A DNA stretch of 64,000 nucleotides from Clostridiaceae bacterium (GTDB taxonomy: Bacteria; Bacillota; Clostridia; Acetivibrionales; DULL01). Made by a program: the position numbers and the translations under genes. The notes under the pieces were generated by a model. That model was not told where the DNA came from. It saw nothing but the letters and a program-made list of their open reading frames with translations, and did no database searches. Shown here in pieces: positions 28,258 through 38,485 of the stretch. The stretch covers positions 9,316 through 73,315 of the forward strand of contig DULL01000083.1 of NCBI GenBank assembly GCA_012840395.1, in the 5' to 3' direction. Each line of letters begins with the position of its first letter. The stretch's first letter is position 1.

Positions 28258-30666
28258 ATGAATGCTTATAATCCAAAACTAATAGAAAAGAAGTGGCAGG
28301 AAATCTGGGAGAAGGAAGGCACATTTTATGCTTCCGAGGATAAGACAAAACCAAAGTTTTATGCATTAATAGAATTTCCATATCCTTCAGGCCAGGGATT
28401 GCATGTAGGACATCCCAGACCTTATACAGCTTTGGATATTATATCCAGGAAAAAAAGGATGCAGGGATATAATGTTCTTTTTCCCATAGGTTGGGATGCT
28501 TTTGGACTACCTACAGAAAATTACGCAATACAGAATAAAATTCATCCTAAAATTGTAACAGAGAAAAATATAAATAGATTCAGAGAACAGTTAAAGTCTC
28601 TGGGATTTTCCTTTGACTGGTCCAGAGAAATAAATACTACCGATCCTGAGTACTATAAATGGACTCAGTGGATATTCCTGAAGTTGTTTGAAAAAGGACT
28701 TGCATATAAGAGCGAGGCTTCAATAAACTGGTGTACACAGTGTAAAGTCGGACTTGCAAATGAAGAAGTAGTAGGCGGTGTCTGTGAACGCTGTGGCGGA
28801 GAAGTTGTCAGAAAGGTTAAAAACCAATGGATGCTCAGAATAACAAAATATGCAGACAGATTAATAAATGATCTGGATCTCGTTGATTACATAGAGAGGG
28901 TAAAAATCCAGCAAATAAATTGGATAGGCCGTTCTTATGGTATGGAAGTGAACTTTGAAACAACTGCGGGTTATACTCTAAAAGTTTTTACAACACGTCC
29001 GGATACTCTTTTTGGAGCTACATACATGGTTATTTCACCGGAGCATCCAATGATTGATGAATTAAAGGATAAAATTACAAACTTGGATGAATTAATGAAG
29101 TATAGAGAATTGGCATCTAAAAAATCCGATTTCGAGAGGACAGAGCTTTCAAAAGAAAAAACAGGAGTACAAATAGAAGGCATCAAAGCAATTAATCCGG
29201 TAAATGGAAAAGAAATACCTATATGGATTTCTGATTATGTTTTAATTTCTTACGGTACAGGCGCAATTATGGCTGTGCCCGGGCATGATACCAGGGACTG
29301 GGAGTTTGCCAAAAAGTTCAATTTGCCAATTATTGAAGTGGTTTCCGGAGGAGATGTTGAAAAGGAAGCTTATACGGATATAGAAAATGGCATAATGGTT
29401 AACTCCGAATTCCTAAATGGCTTACAGGTAAGCGAGGCCAAGGAAAAAATAAGCGATTGGCTGGAAGAAAGGGGTATTGGAAAAAGAAAGGTCAACTATA
29501 AACTGAGAGATTGGGTATTCTCAAGACAAAGATACTGGGGAGAACCGATACCTTTGGTTTATTGTGAAAAATGCGGTTGGGTACCTGTTCCTGAAGACCA
29601 GCTTCCTGTCCTGCTTCCTGAAGTGGAAAGCTATGAGCCCACAGATACTGGTGAATCACCATTAGCCAATATAGAAGAATGGGTAAATACAACTTGCCCG
29701 AAGTGCGGAGGACCAGGGAAGAGGGAAACTGATACAATGCCCCAATGGGCAGGATCATCCTGGTACTTCTTAAGATATACTGATCCTCACAATAAAAAGG
29801 AACTGGCAAGCAGGGAAAATCTGGAGTATTGGACACCTATAGACTGGTATAATGGCGGAATGGAGCATACAACACTTCATTTGTTGTATTCAAGGTTTTG
29901 GCATAAGTTCCTTTATGACTGTGGAATAGTACCAACTCCCGAACCTTACAAGAAAAGGACATCCCATGGAATGATACTGGGTGAGAATAATGAAAAGATG
30001 TCCAAATCAAGAGGTAATGTTGTAAACCCGGATGAAATGATAGACGAATTTGGAGCAGATACACTGAGAACTTATGAAATGTTTATCGGTGATTTTGAAA
30101 AAGCAGTTCCCTGGTCATATAATGCTATAAAGGGCTGCAGAAGGTTTCTTGATAGGGTATGGAAACTGCAGGAGATTTTGACTGAGGGTGACGAATATTC
30201 TAAAGATATAGAAGTTAGCATGAATAAAACAATCAAAAAAGTAAGTGAGGACTATGAGACTTTAAAATTCAATACTGCTATTGCTGCTCTCATGTCCCTA
30301 TTAAATGAATTTTACAGCCGCGGAAAAATCAACAGGGCGGAATTTAAGACTTTCCTTATCCTTCTAAACCCTGTCGCTCCCCATATAACTGAAGAATTAT
30401 GGGTTCTAAACGGATATGAAGGAATGCTCCACGCCCAGTCCTGGCCTACCTGGGATGAAAGTAAGACCGTTGAGGACATGATTGAAATTGCCATACAGAT
30501 AAATGGAAAAGTAAAAGAAAGGATAATGATTCCTTCTGGTCTGGATAAAAAGCAGACAGAAGAAAAAGCTCTGGAAGATGAAAAAGTAAAAGCCTTGCTT
30601 GAGAATAAGAATGTAATCAAAGTTATTGGTGTACCGGGCAAGTTGGTAAACATAGTTGTGAAATAA
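28258..30666 (+). CDS. leuS: Leucyl-tRNA synthetase
   Basis: 802 aa with HVGHPRPY (HIGH) and KMSKSRGN (KMSKS) motifs. Confidence 0.97.
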   Translation: MNAYNPKLIEKKWQEIWEKEGTFYASEDKTKPKFYALIEFPYPSGQGLHVGHPRPYTALDIISRKKRMQGYNVLFPIGWDAFGLPTENYAIQNKIHPKIVTEKNINRFREQLKSLGFSFDWSREINTTDPEYYKWTQWIFLKLFEKGLAYKSEASINWCTQCKVGLANEEVVGGVCERCGGEVVRKVKNQWMLRITKYADRLINDLDLVDYIERVKIQQINWIGRSYGMEVNFETTAGYTLKVFTTRPDTLFGATYMVISPEHPMIDELKDKITNLDELMKYRELASKKSDFERTELSKEKTGVQIEGIKAINPVNGKEIPIWISDYVLISYGTGAIMAVPGHDTRDWEFAKKFNLPIIEVVSGGDVEKEAYTDIENGIMVNSEFLNGLQVSEAKEKISDWLEERGIGKRKVNYKLRDWVFSRQRYWGEPIPLVYCEKCGWVPVPEDQLPVLLPEVESYEPTDTGESPLANIEEWVNTTCPKCGGPGKRETDTMPQWAGSSWYFLRYTDPHNKKELASRENLEYWTPIDWYNGGMEHTTLHLLYSRFWHKFLYDCGIVPTPEPYKKRTSHGMILGENNEKMSKSRGNVVNPDEMIDEFGADTLRTYEMFIGDFEKAVPWSYNAIKGCRRFLDRVWKLQEILTEGDEYSKDIEVSMNKTIKKVSEDYETLKFNTAIAALMSLLNEFYSRGKINRAEFKTFLILLNPVAPHITEELWVLNGYEGMLHAQSWPTWDESKTVEDMIEIAIQINGKVKERIMIPSGLDKKQTEEKALEDEKVKALLENKNVIKVIGVPGKLVNIVVK

Positions 30667-30720
30667 ATATAGTTTTTGAAATAATATAATTTGTTAAAAA
30701 ACATGATCTTAAAAACATAA

Positions 30721-30757
30721 TTTTGGTGCAAAAGCCATAATAAGCTTTTGTACCAAA
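30721..30757 (+). terminator. Rho-independent terminator after leuS
   Basis: TTTTGGTGCAAAAGC (30721-30735), loop CATAATA, GCTTTTGTACCAAAA (30743-30757). The stem is 15 bp with one G-U pair, followed by TTTATATTT. Confidence 0.8.
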
Positions 30758-30889
30758 ATTTATATTTATACTTATTTTTATATTTGTATTTATTTTTGTT
30801 TTTGTATTAGATTATACTTATATAAATTTTTACTTACTAATATTAAATTTCCATTGGTACATTTCAAAAGAGTTATCGGAGGAATAAGT

Positions 30890-31909
30890 TTGAAGAATAT
30901 ACTGTTGCTGTCTACGGGCGGGACAATTGCTTCAGTTAATGAAGGAGCAGGCCTTGTTCCCAGAATTACAGGTGAGTACATGGCCAGGCTTATTCCGGAA
31001 CTGGAAGGCCTGTGCCATATTGAGTATAAAAGCGTTTTTTGCAAGGATAGTTCAAATATTCAGCCGGAAGACTGGAAGGTAATTGCTCATGAAGCTTGTT
31101 CCGGAGTAAAAAACTATGATGGAGTTGTTATTACTCACGGGACTGATACTATGGCATATACGGCATCCATGCTTTCATTTATGCTAAGGAATTTGCATAA
31201 ACCTGTTATTTTAACAGGTTCTCAGTTGCCAATAGATGCTCCCGGAACTGATGGAAAAAAGAATTTACTTGATGCATTTCAGGCAGCTGTTAAAGGCATT
31301 CAGGGTGTATATGTGGTTTTTAACGGGAAAATAATTTTTGGAACGAGGGCTGTTAAAACCCATACTGAAGCACTGGATGCTTTTGAGAGCATTAATTATC
31401 CCCCTGCCGGTTTTATAAAAGGAAATCAAGTGATTGTAAATACCTCTGATAATAAACTTAATTCTCACATAAAATTTACCTCTGATATAAATTCAACTGA
31501 TACCACATCCTGCACAGAAGAAGTTTATGTTGATGATAATATTGACAGCAGAGTATTTTTGATTAAACTTTATCCTGGAATTGACCCTGGTATTATCCCT
31601 ATATTAATTGAAAGAGGCTATAAAGGTATCGTTATAGAAGCATTTGGCTCAGGGGGGCTGCCCACAGATGAAAGATCTTTTATTCCTGAAATAAAAAAAG
31701 CACTTGACTTGGGAGTAGCTGTGGTAATAAATACCCAATGTGTTTATGGAAAATCAGACCTCAGCATCTATCAGGTAGGATTAAAAGCTGCTGAAGCAGG
31801 AGTTATACCCGGTTATGACATGACTACTGAGGCCGCTGTAACAAAGCTTATGTGGGCATTAGGCAAAACAAAGGACTTAAATGAGATAAGAAGGCTAATG
31901 GAATCTTAA
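30890..31909 (+). CDS. ansA: Type I L-asparaginase
   Basis: ILLLSTGGTIAS and ITHGTDTMAYTAS motifs. TTG 30890 follows GGAGGA. Confidence 0.85.
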   Translation: MKNILLLSTGGTIASVNEGAGLVPRITGEYMARLIPELEGLCHIEYKSVFCKDSSNIQPEDWKVIAHEACSGVKNYDGVVITHGTDTMAYTASMLSFMLRNLHKPVILTGSQLPIDAPGTDGKKNLLDAFQAAVKGIQGVYVVFNGKIIFGTRAVKTHTEALDAFESINYPPAGFIKGNQVIVNTSDNKLNSHIKFTSDINSTDTTSCTEEVYVDDNIDSRVFLIKLYPGIDPGIIPILIERGYKGIVIEAFGSGGLPTDERSFIPEIKKALDLGVAVVINTQCVYGKSDLSIYQVGLKAAEAGVIPGYDMTTEAAVTKLMWALGKTKDLNEIRRLMES

Positions 31910-31918
31910 CCGAAGCAC

Positions 31919-31957
31919 GGGGACTCCTCAAGCATGTGGACAGTTCTTATGCTTCCG
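31919..31957. repeat. Degenerate GGGAC-family repeat between convergent genes
   Basis: GGGGACTCCTC (31919-31929) resembles the 25021 element. GGACAGTTCTTATGCTTCCG (31938-31957) resembles GGACGGTTCTTCTGCTTCCG at 11415-11434. Confidence 0.6.
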
Positions 31958-33259
31958 TCAATAATACCTTCTTCGAACTCTCCTGCGATATCTTCTTGAG
32001 ATCCTTCTTAACGTGAACCTTAGAAGTGCGAAACCAATTATAACACAGGTTGATATTTTAGCTACCTTTAAAAAGACAGGATTAGTGAAAACCTCTTTTA
32101 TCTTTTCGGTAGAAGTTTTTTCCAAGATGACTTTTTCAATTGTTTTGGATGCAACAAGATTTACACGGCCAAGGGTTATACCATTATTCTCATACTCTAA
32201 ATAGCCTAAAATATCACCCTTATATACAGGAACTTCAATTCGTGGTTTTATATATTCCTTTGTGTTTAGAGATGCATTGTAATTTTCTACAGGCAGTACG
32301 GCACTTATACTATTATCTGCGACAATATTCAGGTCTTCAGCCGTTCCTGTTCCAGGATCAACCTGGACAGTTTTTATTACCTGACCCTTTCTCACAAGGG
32401 ATTGGATTGAATAATTTTCAAAACCGTATTCCAGTAGCTGCCTGGAGTATTTATAAACACTGTCTTTATTGTCTGAAGCACTTACTCCCAATATAACTGA
32501 GAGCAACTCCATTCCTTCATTGTTTTTACCGGAAGAAACCAGGTTAAATCCGGCAGGGCCTGTATACCCTGTTTTTATTCCTGTAACTTCAAAAAGTTCG
32601 CTATCATTATAGAATCTAAGTAACTTATTGGAAGAATACAATGTCGGCCAGGAAGGATGTTTATTGGTTGCTATAGGGGTATATTCAGTTTTGCTGACTA
32701 TTTCTCTGAACTCTGGTATATTCATGGCATGTTTTGCGATAAGCGCCATATCTTTTGCCGTAGTGTAGTGGTTATTATCATGCATTCCGTTTGCATTTAC
32801 GAAATGGGTATTTTTTGCGCCCAGTTCCTGGGCTCTTTTATTCATCAGATCAATAAATTCTTGCCTGGTATCGCACACATTTTCAGCAATAATATTTGCA
32901 GCTTCGTTGGCAGACACTATTAGAAGTGCATGCAACAACTGTTCCAGGCTCAATACTTCTCCAGGCATAATACCAATATTCATGCCATCTTTACCTATAT
33001 CGTAAACTGCTGCCTGGCTTGCTGTCATCATGGTATCCAGAGTGCTGTTTTCAAGTGCTACTATGGCTGTCATTATTTTTGTTGTACTGGCAGGATAAAG
33101 CTTCTTGTTTTCTGAATCCTTCTCACAAAGTACCTGGCCAGATTTAATATCCATTAAAATATATGCTTCAGCTTCAATATTCAAGGGTGCCGCACAACAT
33201 AAGGGAAAATTTAGCAAAAAGACCAATAATATTAACGCCATAGCAAGAAGTCTTTTCAT
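31958..33259 (-). CDS. Serine-type D-alanyl-D-alanine carboxypeptidase (PBP5/DacF-like) with a C-terminal anchor
   Basis: Signal peptide, SxxK (ASTTKIMTA), SxN (SANEAA), KTG (IKTGYTG), a C-terminal TM segment and the Arg-rich tail RRISRRYRRRVRRRYY. Confidence 0.9.
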   Translation of the reverse strand: MKRLLAMALILLVFLLNFPLCCAAPLNIEAEAYILMDIKSGQVLCEKDSENKKLYPASTTKIMTAIVALENSTLDTMMTASQAAVYDIGKDGMNIGIMPGEVLSLEQLLHALLIVSANEAANIIAENVCDTRQEFIDLMNKRAQELGAKNTHFVNANGMHDNNHYTTAKDMALIAKHAMNIPEFREIVSKTEYTPIATNKHPSWPTLYSSNKLLRFYNDSELFEVTGIKTGYTGPAGFNLVSSGKNNEGMELLSVILGVSASDNKDSVYKYSRQLLEYGFENYSIQSLVRKGQVIKTVQVDPGTGTAEDLNIVADNSISAVLPVENYNASLNTKEYIKPRIEVPVYKGDILGYLEYENNGITLGRVNLVASKTIEKVILEKTSTEKIKEVFTNPVFLKVAKISTCVIIGFALLRFTLRRISRRYRRRVRRRYY

Positions 33260-33507
33260 AGTTCTTTACTAATTCCTCCAACCATTTCATTTGTAAATAG
33301 CATTTATTTTATATGTTATACGAGTTTAATATTCTATATGCTCCTGCGTTGTTTGTGTCTACAAATATAATAAGATGTTGACGGTACACAGGCACATTAA
33401 AAAGTATACCAGAAAATAATTAAAAAATGTATCAGTCCATGGAATTTTACAAAAATAAAGGAATTTAAATTCCAATGGAGAATATATAATATGCTGGAGG
33501 TGAAATT

Positions 33508-34326
33508 ATGGAAATAAAGTTATTTAATAGAATATATTACATAAATAAGGAGATTATTGCAATTACAATATCGTTTTTTGTAATAATATCTGTTACAGCT
33601 GGATATTTATTGCTAAAGGAATATAGGGACACAATGGTTCTTGAAAGACAGGAAGATAAGAGTCTGACCAATAATGAAGGCAAGGCAGGCCAATCTACGC
33701 AGGATAACAATTCTTCAGGAACAGAATCTTATGGGGAAGAGCCTGAAGCTGATGAAAAAATTGAAGACGGGGAGAAAATTCATGTCTATGTAACAGGATG
33801 TGTGAACAATCCTGGCATTGTAACGCTAAAGAAGGGACAGATAATTAACGATGCAATAATTGCAGCGGGAGGAGCAACCAATGATGCAGATATAGAGAAT
33901 ATTAACCTGGTATACAGGCTGGAAGGTAATGCAATGCTTTATATCAGGTCAAAAGCAGAAATCGCAAATTACGGTGAGCAGGCAGATCCGGAACATAAAC
34001 AGGAAGAAAAACAAACAGCCCAGGGGAAAATAATAGAACCAGGACAAGGAGAAGCAGGTCCAGGGGTAAAGATTATCTATGACAGCGGGGGAGCCGTTGT
34101 GTATGAGGAAAAAACTAATACAGACAACAAGGGAAAGGTTAATATAAATACGGCGGATATCAGCCAGCTTACAACTCTTCCGGGAATAGGAGAAGCCACT
34201 GCAAAGGACATTATTGAATACAGGGAGAAGAATGGAAAATTCAAAACAATTGAAGATATAATGAAGGTTCCCAGGATAAAGGAAGGTAGGTTTAACAACA
34301 TAAAGGATTTAATTGTGGTGGATTAA
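33508..34326 (+). CDS. comEA: ComEA-family DNA-binding competence protein (SLBB domain plus helix-hairpin-helix)
   Basis: N-terminal TM segment and C-terminal VNINTADISQLTTLPGIGEATAKDIIEYREKNGKFKTIEDIMKVPRI. Confidence 0.85.
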   Translation: MEIKLFNRIYYINKEIIAITISFFVIISVTAGYLLLKEYRDTMVLERQEDKSLTNNEGKAGQSTQDNNSSGTESYGEEPEADEKIEDGEKIHVYVTGCVNNPGIVTLKKGQIINDAIIAAGGATNDADIENINLVYRLEGNAMLYIRSKAEIANYGEQADPEHKQEEKQTAQGKIIEPGQGEAGPGVKIIYDSGGAVVYEEKTNTDNKGKVNINTADISQLTTLPGIGEATAKDIIEYREKNGKFKTIEDIMKVPRIKEGRFNNIKDLIVVD

Positions 34327-34430
34327 AAGAATAGACTATTCTCGTATCTCTGTTTTATTAACGATCCATGTACCTTATGCCTTTCGTAAAAAATTACCTG
34401 GAAACATCAAAATGAATAATCTTTTAGTGG

Positions 34431-34953
34431 ATGAATTTTATAGGGCTCATAGGAGCTGGGAAAATTGCCAGAAACCTTATGAAAATCATGAAGGACTTTT
34501 CAACCAAGAAGATAATATGTTATCATTCTTATGTAATCAAGGACATTGAAAGGCAATTCAACATAAAAATGGTAGATACCATAGAAGAAATACTTTCATC
34601 TTTGGAAATTATAAGTGCTTATGTTTCTTTGACCAAGGAAACAGAAGGCCCAGTAAATAAAAACTTATTTTTACTCATGAAGCCAGATGCGATTTTTATG
34701 AATACTAGTAGAGGAGGAGTGGTTAATGAAGATTATCTTTATGAAGGATTAAAGAATGGTAAATCTGCAACGGCTGGACTTGATGTTGTAGTGGATGATT
34801 CAGTAAAGAGAAATAACCGTTTGTTTGAATAAAAAAGTGCGGATAACTCCTCATTATACTGCTGACACGATACAGTCTGAGTTTAGGGCTCAGGATACTA
34901 TGGCAAATTCAATAATTGCCTTTTTAAAGCACGAAATATGGAAACTTAGTTAG
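34431..34953 (+). pseudogene. Remnant of a D-isomer-specific 2-hydroxyacid dehydrogenase (N-terminally truncated, stop plus frameshift)
   Basis: NAD-binding part (IGLIGAGKIARN...MNTSRGGVVNEDYLYEGLKNGK..AGLDVV) ends at TAA 34830-34832 inside an A-run. The expected continuation (ITPHYTADTIQSEF...AFLKHE) is in the +1 frame, 34837-34953. The catalytic N-domain is absent. Confidence 0.75.
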
Positions 34954-35049
34954 CTAGTCCGGAATATCAAAAAACACTAATGAAAAGTCAACTTTTACTG
35001 GTTTCTAATAACTTTTCTCATTTCTTACAAATTAAATGGAGGTACATGT

Positions 35050-35949
35050 ATGAATAATATTAAATTTACAGGAATTATTCCAGCAATTGTAAGTCCATTA
35101 AATGAGGATGGGACAATAAAGGAAAAAGAACTTAGAAAACTTGTAAGATGGCATTTAAGTGAGGGTTGTACAGGGTTTTATATCTGCGGTGCTAATGGTG
35201 AAGGTGTAGTTATGAAGCCTGAATCAAGAAAGCATCTCGCAGAAATTATGGTTGATGAAGTAAAAGGCAAGGGGTACATAATTGATCATGTTTGTGCTGT
35301 TGATTTACGGACAGCTATGGATTTAGCAAGGCATGCTTCTGATATTGGAGTAGATGCTGTGGCATCACTGCCACCATTCTTCTATCATTATGGGGATGAA
35401 CAGATTTATCAATATTATAAGGCAATATCAGATTCATGTGATGTTCCTGTAATGATGTACGCTGCAAGTTATATTTCAGGGACAAACATGCCACCTAAAA
35501 CAGTAGAGAAAATGATGGGTATAGAAAGAATGATTGGTTTAAAATGGACTAGCAGTAATTATTTTGAAATGAGAAGGTTGAAAGAGCTAAATAATGGAAA
35601 TATTAATGTGTTAAACGGGTCCGATGAAACCTTAATATGTGGATTGGTAATGGGAGCTGATGGTGGAATTGGTGCAACATACAATATAATGCCTAAAATG
35701 TTTGTTAAACTATATAATGCTTTTGTTTCAGGAAACATTAAAGAAGCCCAGGAAATACAGTACAAAGTTAATAAAGTAATTGATGTTTTGCTTAGATGGG
35801 GAGTAGGTTGTGGAGTTAAGGACACATTGGAAATGATAGGATATGAAGTTGGTAAATGTACTTATCCATTAAAAAGATTTACTGATGAGGAACAGAAATT
35901 ATTTAGAGCAGAACTGAAAGCATTGAACTTCGAACAAGAGTATCTATAA
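35050..35949 (+). CDS. DapA/NanA-family class I aldolase (N-acetylneuraminate lyase / dihydrodipicolinate synthase-like)
   Basis: GIIPAIVSPLNEDGTIKEKELRKLVRWHL..GFYICGANGEG. Schiff-base Lys context is IGLKWTS. Confidence 0.8.
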   Translation: MNNIKFTGIIPAIVSPLNEDGTIKEKELRKLVRWHLSEGCTGFYICGANGEGVVMKPESRKHLAEIMVDEVKGKGYIIDHVCAVDLRTAMDLARHASDIGVDAVASLPPFFYHYGDEQIYQYYKAISDSCDVPVMMYAASYISGTNMPPKTVEKMMGIERMIGLKWTSSNYFEMRRLKELNNGNINVLNGSDETLICGLVMGADGGIGATYNIMPKMFVKLYNAFVSGNIKEAQEIQYKVNKVIDVLLRWGVGCGVKDTLEMIGYEVGKCTYPLKRFTDEEQKLFRAELKALNFEQEYL

Positions 35950-36085
35950 AAATATTAAATAATTTATATAGTATCATACTAGTATTCTAACTACTTGGTC
36001 TTTTCTAATATAATTAATATATTATTATCATTAAATTTTTGATATGCGATGATGATATAAATATGAGATTTTAAATGGGATAATT

Positions 36086-36127
36086 AATAATTATGGGAAG
36101 ATATTAATAATTCTTCCCATAATTATT
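36086..36127 (+). terminator. Strong hairpin (perfect 15 bp) downstream of the aldolase gene
   Basis: AATAATTATGGGAAG (36086-36100), 12-nt loop, CTTCCCATAATTATT (36113-36127). Confidence 0.55.
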
Positions 36128-36268
36128 TGTGATTCAAAAGTTTCAACAACCAGAGGTTTATTGCTTGGATACATATGTCTCATTTTTTATGATGAAAAAT
36201 CTTTAGAATTTAATAAGGAATGTGCTATAATGTTTTTTATAATTGTTTAAAATCTGATTCATTAAATT

Positions 36269-37765
36269 ATGAAGAATTCAAATAAAGTGGTAATTATAAT
36301 GCAGAAAAAATATAGCACATTAAGAGAAACAACATCACAAAATACGGGGCATGGCGATACTGAAGTAGACTATAGTGTATCAAATAATGGTTTATCATAC
36401 AGGACTGTACAATCTAGTAAAAACATTTTTGACAGAATTCCTGGAAGGTTCTGCAATATTCATACAGAACAATTAGCCATATTCCTTACAGTTGCCATTA
36501 CGCTGCTTGGGGACTCCAGTCTTTATGTTCTCCTGCCTACTTATGTATTTGACCTGGGAATACCTGTGGCAGCTGTAGGAGTTATTCTTAGCCTCAACAG
36601 GTTTGTAAGAATAATTACGAATTATTATGCCAAATACTTGTATTCATATTTCGGGCGAAGAAGATTATTTATATATAGCGTAATATTATCTGCCATTACA
36701 ACGCTTTTTTATGGCCTGCCGGTTGGTGTTGTTATTTTAGGATTTTCAAGATTGATCTGGGGTGGCTGCTGGTCGGCAATGAGACTTGTAAGCTTTGAAA
36801 GTATTGCTGAAAACAGCAACGATAATAACAGAGGAACATTGACGGGTTTATTTCATTCTATTGCAAGAATAGGGAGCCTTCTGGCAATATTTCTGGGAGG
36901 AATATTATCTAATTATCTGGGATACAGGAACACATATTATATTTTTGCATTTATGACTTTTATAATAGGTGTACCTCTTTCCTTTTATGGAATGAGTATA
37001 AAAAGATCCTCTGGTAACATGCAAATATCAGAACAGACAGATGAACGGGCTACAGAACAAACACAAGAACAGATGACAGAACAAACCCCAGTGCAGACAA
37101 CGGAACAAACAACTGTACGAGAAACCGGCGTTAGCGTTGGTAATAATGAAAATACTTATAATCATGTAAAAAGTAAAGTCAATATAAGTTTAAAGCTGAC
37201 ATATTTTATGACTTTCCTAAATTCTTGGGTAGGTAACGGATTACTTGTCTCCACCATTGGATATATATTGCTGCTGATATTCGGAAAAGAAGTGACTCTT
37301 TTCAATATAACCATAGGAGTATCCATTGCAGCAAGTTTTCTGGTTTCGGTAAGATGGTTTTATGATATATTTCTATCAGTTATATTTGGTAAATTGGCTG
37401 ACCGGTTTGGATATTTTAAGATAATTATAATGAACTGTATTCTTCAAATAATTTCTTTATTAATAATTGCCTATACCCAATCATTTATTCTTATATTCCT
37501 GGCCGCAATAGTAGGTTTTGGTGGTGTAACTGCTCTCACAAGCACTTTGGATGCATCTGCAATTGGCTATCAGTCTTTAAATAAAGACAAAAATATACTT
37601 GGACATTTTACAACCTGGCAGGACCTGGGAGCTGCTTTTGGCTCTATGGCAGGATATTCACTTGTAATTGCGGTAGGATATAGCAGAGCATATATGATAA
37701 CTGCACTTATGATTGTATTGGCAATTGCCTTTGCAATAATAAATAGAAAGAGAAATAGTGAATAG
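36269..37765 (+). CDS. MFS transporter with a low-complexity Q/T/E-rich central loop
   Basis: 498 aa with about 12 TM segments. The central loop is SEQTDERATEQTQEQMTEQTPVQTTEQTTVRETG. ATG 36299 is an alternative start. Confidence 0.8.
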   Translation: MKNSNKVVIIMQKKYSTLRETTSQNTGHGDTEVDYSVSNNGLSYRTVQSSKNIFDRIPGRFCNIHTEQLAIFLTVAITLLGDSSLYVLLPTYVFDLGIPVAAVGVILSLNRFVRIITNYYAKYLYSYFGRRRLFIYSVILSAITTLFYGLPVGVVILGFSRLIWGGCWSAMRLVSFESIAENSNDNNRGTLTGLFHSIARIGSLLAIFLGGILSNYLGYRNTYYIFAFMTFIIGVPLSFYGMSIKRSSGNMQISEQTDERATEQTQEQMTEQTPVQTTEQTTVRETGVSVGNNENTYNHVKSKVNISLKLTYFMTFLNSWVGNGLLVSTIGYILLLIFGKEVTLFNITIGVSIAASFLVSVRWFYDIFLSVIFGKLADRFGYFKIIIMNCILQIISLLIIAYTQSFILIFLAAIVGFGGVTALTSTLDASAIGYQSLNKDKNILGHFTTWQDLGAAFGSMAGYSLVIAVGYSRAYMITALMIVLAIAFAIINRKRNSE

Positions 37766-37960
37766 TTACAGTTACATTTATAATTCCAAAAAAGCTGGCA
37801 AGCAATTTGCTTACCAGCTTTATTATATATTAAAAAGGAGGAAACCTCTAAATTCATTAATTACATTGTACTATGTAAATGAAAATAATGTAATGTAATT
37901 AATAAACGACTTTTTATACTGGTATAAAGTTTTTTTTATGCAATGTGACTAAAGAAATTT

Positions 37961-38110
37961 TCATTTAGACATAGCCGGCAAAATAATAACGGCTGTTATT
38001 AAATAACCTGTAGCAATTGATACCGCAGGTATAACCACAGTATAAAAGATAAGCATTCTGAATTTTTTATGCCTGGCTTTTCTGAATTTTTCCACGCGGC
38101 TTACTCTCAT
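37961..38110 (-). CDS. Small (49 aa) membrane protein, below the ORF-track cutoff
   Basis: MRVSRVEKFRKARHKKFRMLIFYTVVIPAVSIATGYLITAVIILPAMSK: a basic N-terminus plus one TM segment. GGGAGG lies 8 nt upstream of ATG 38110. I translated this by hand. Confidence 0.55.
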   Translation of the reverse strand: MRVSRVEKFRKARHKKFRMLIFYTVVIPAVSIATGYLITAVIILPAMSK

Positions 38111-38485
38111 ATTATAGACCTCCCTAAGATATTGTGCAAGATATACTTAAAAGTCCCTTTATAAGTTATTATCATCAGTAAAACTCATAGTATTATACTG
38201 AATAGGTGTACTCTTCTGGAAAATGTTCCAACATATTAATTTTTCCGGAGAGACCTAATTTACTTATTTAGGATTAAAAGTAATATTATACCATAATACT
38301 TGTCCGATATATAAATATTCTTGCCCTATGATTAACATTACTAACATTTTTATACAATTCCATTTACAATAAGCTATTTAATGCACTCCATTGAATTATA
38401 CTTATCGAATTTTGTGGTACTTTGACTTGTAGATAAAATTTTAGAGTGGTATACTTTAGAATATCCATACTTTTTGAGGTGAAAT

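Noticed and set aside
38422-38455. TTGACT ... TATACT as the promoter of the FAH-thrS operon
   Set aside because: The spacer between the two hexamers is 22 nt, too long for a sigma-A promoter. Chance matches are frequent in this AT-rich region.
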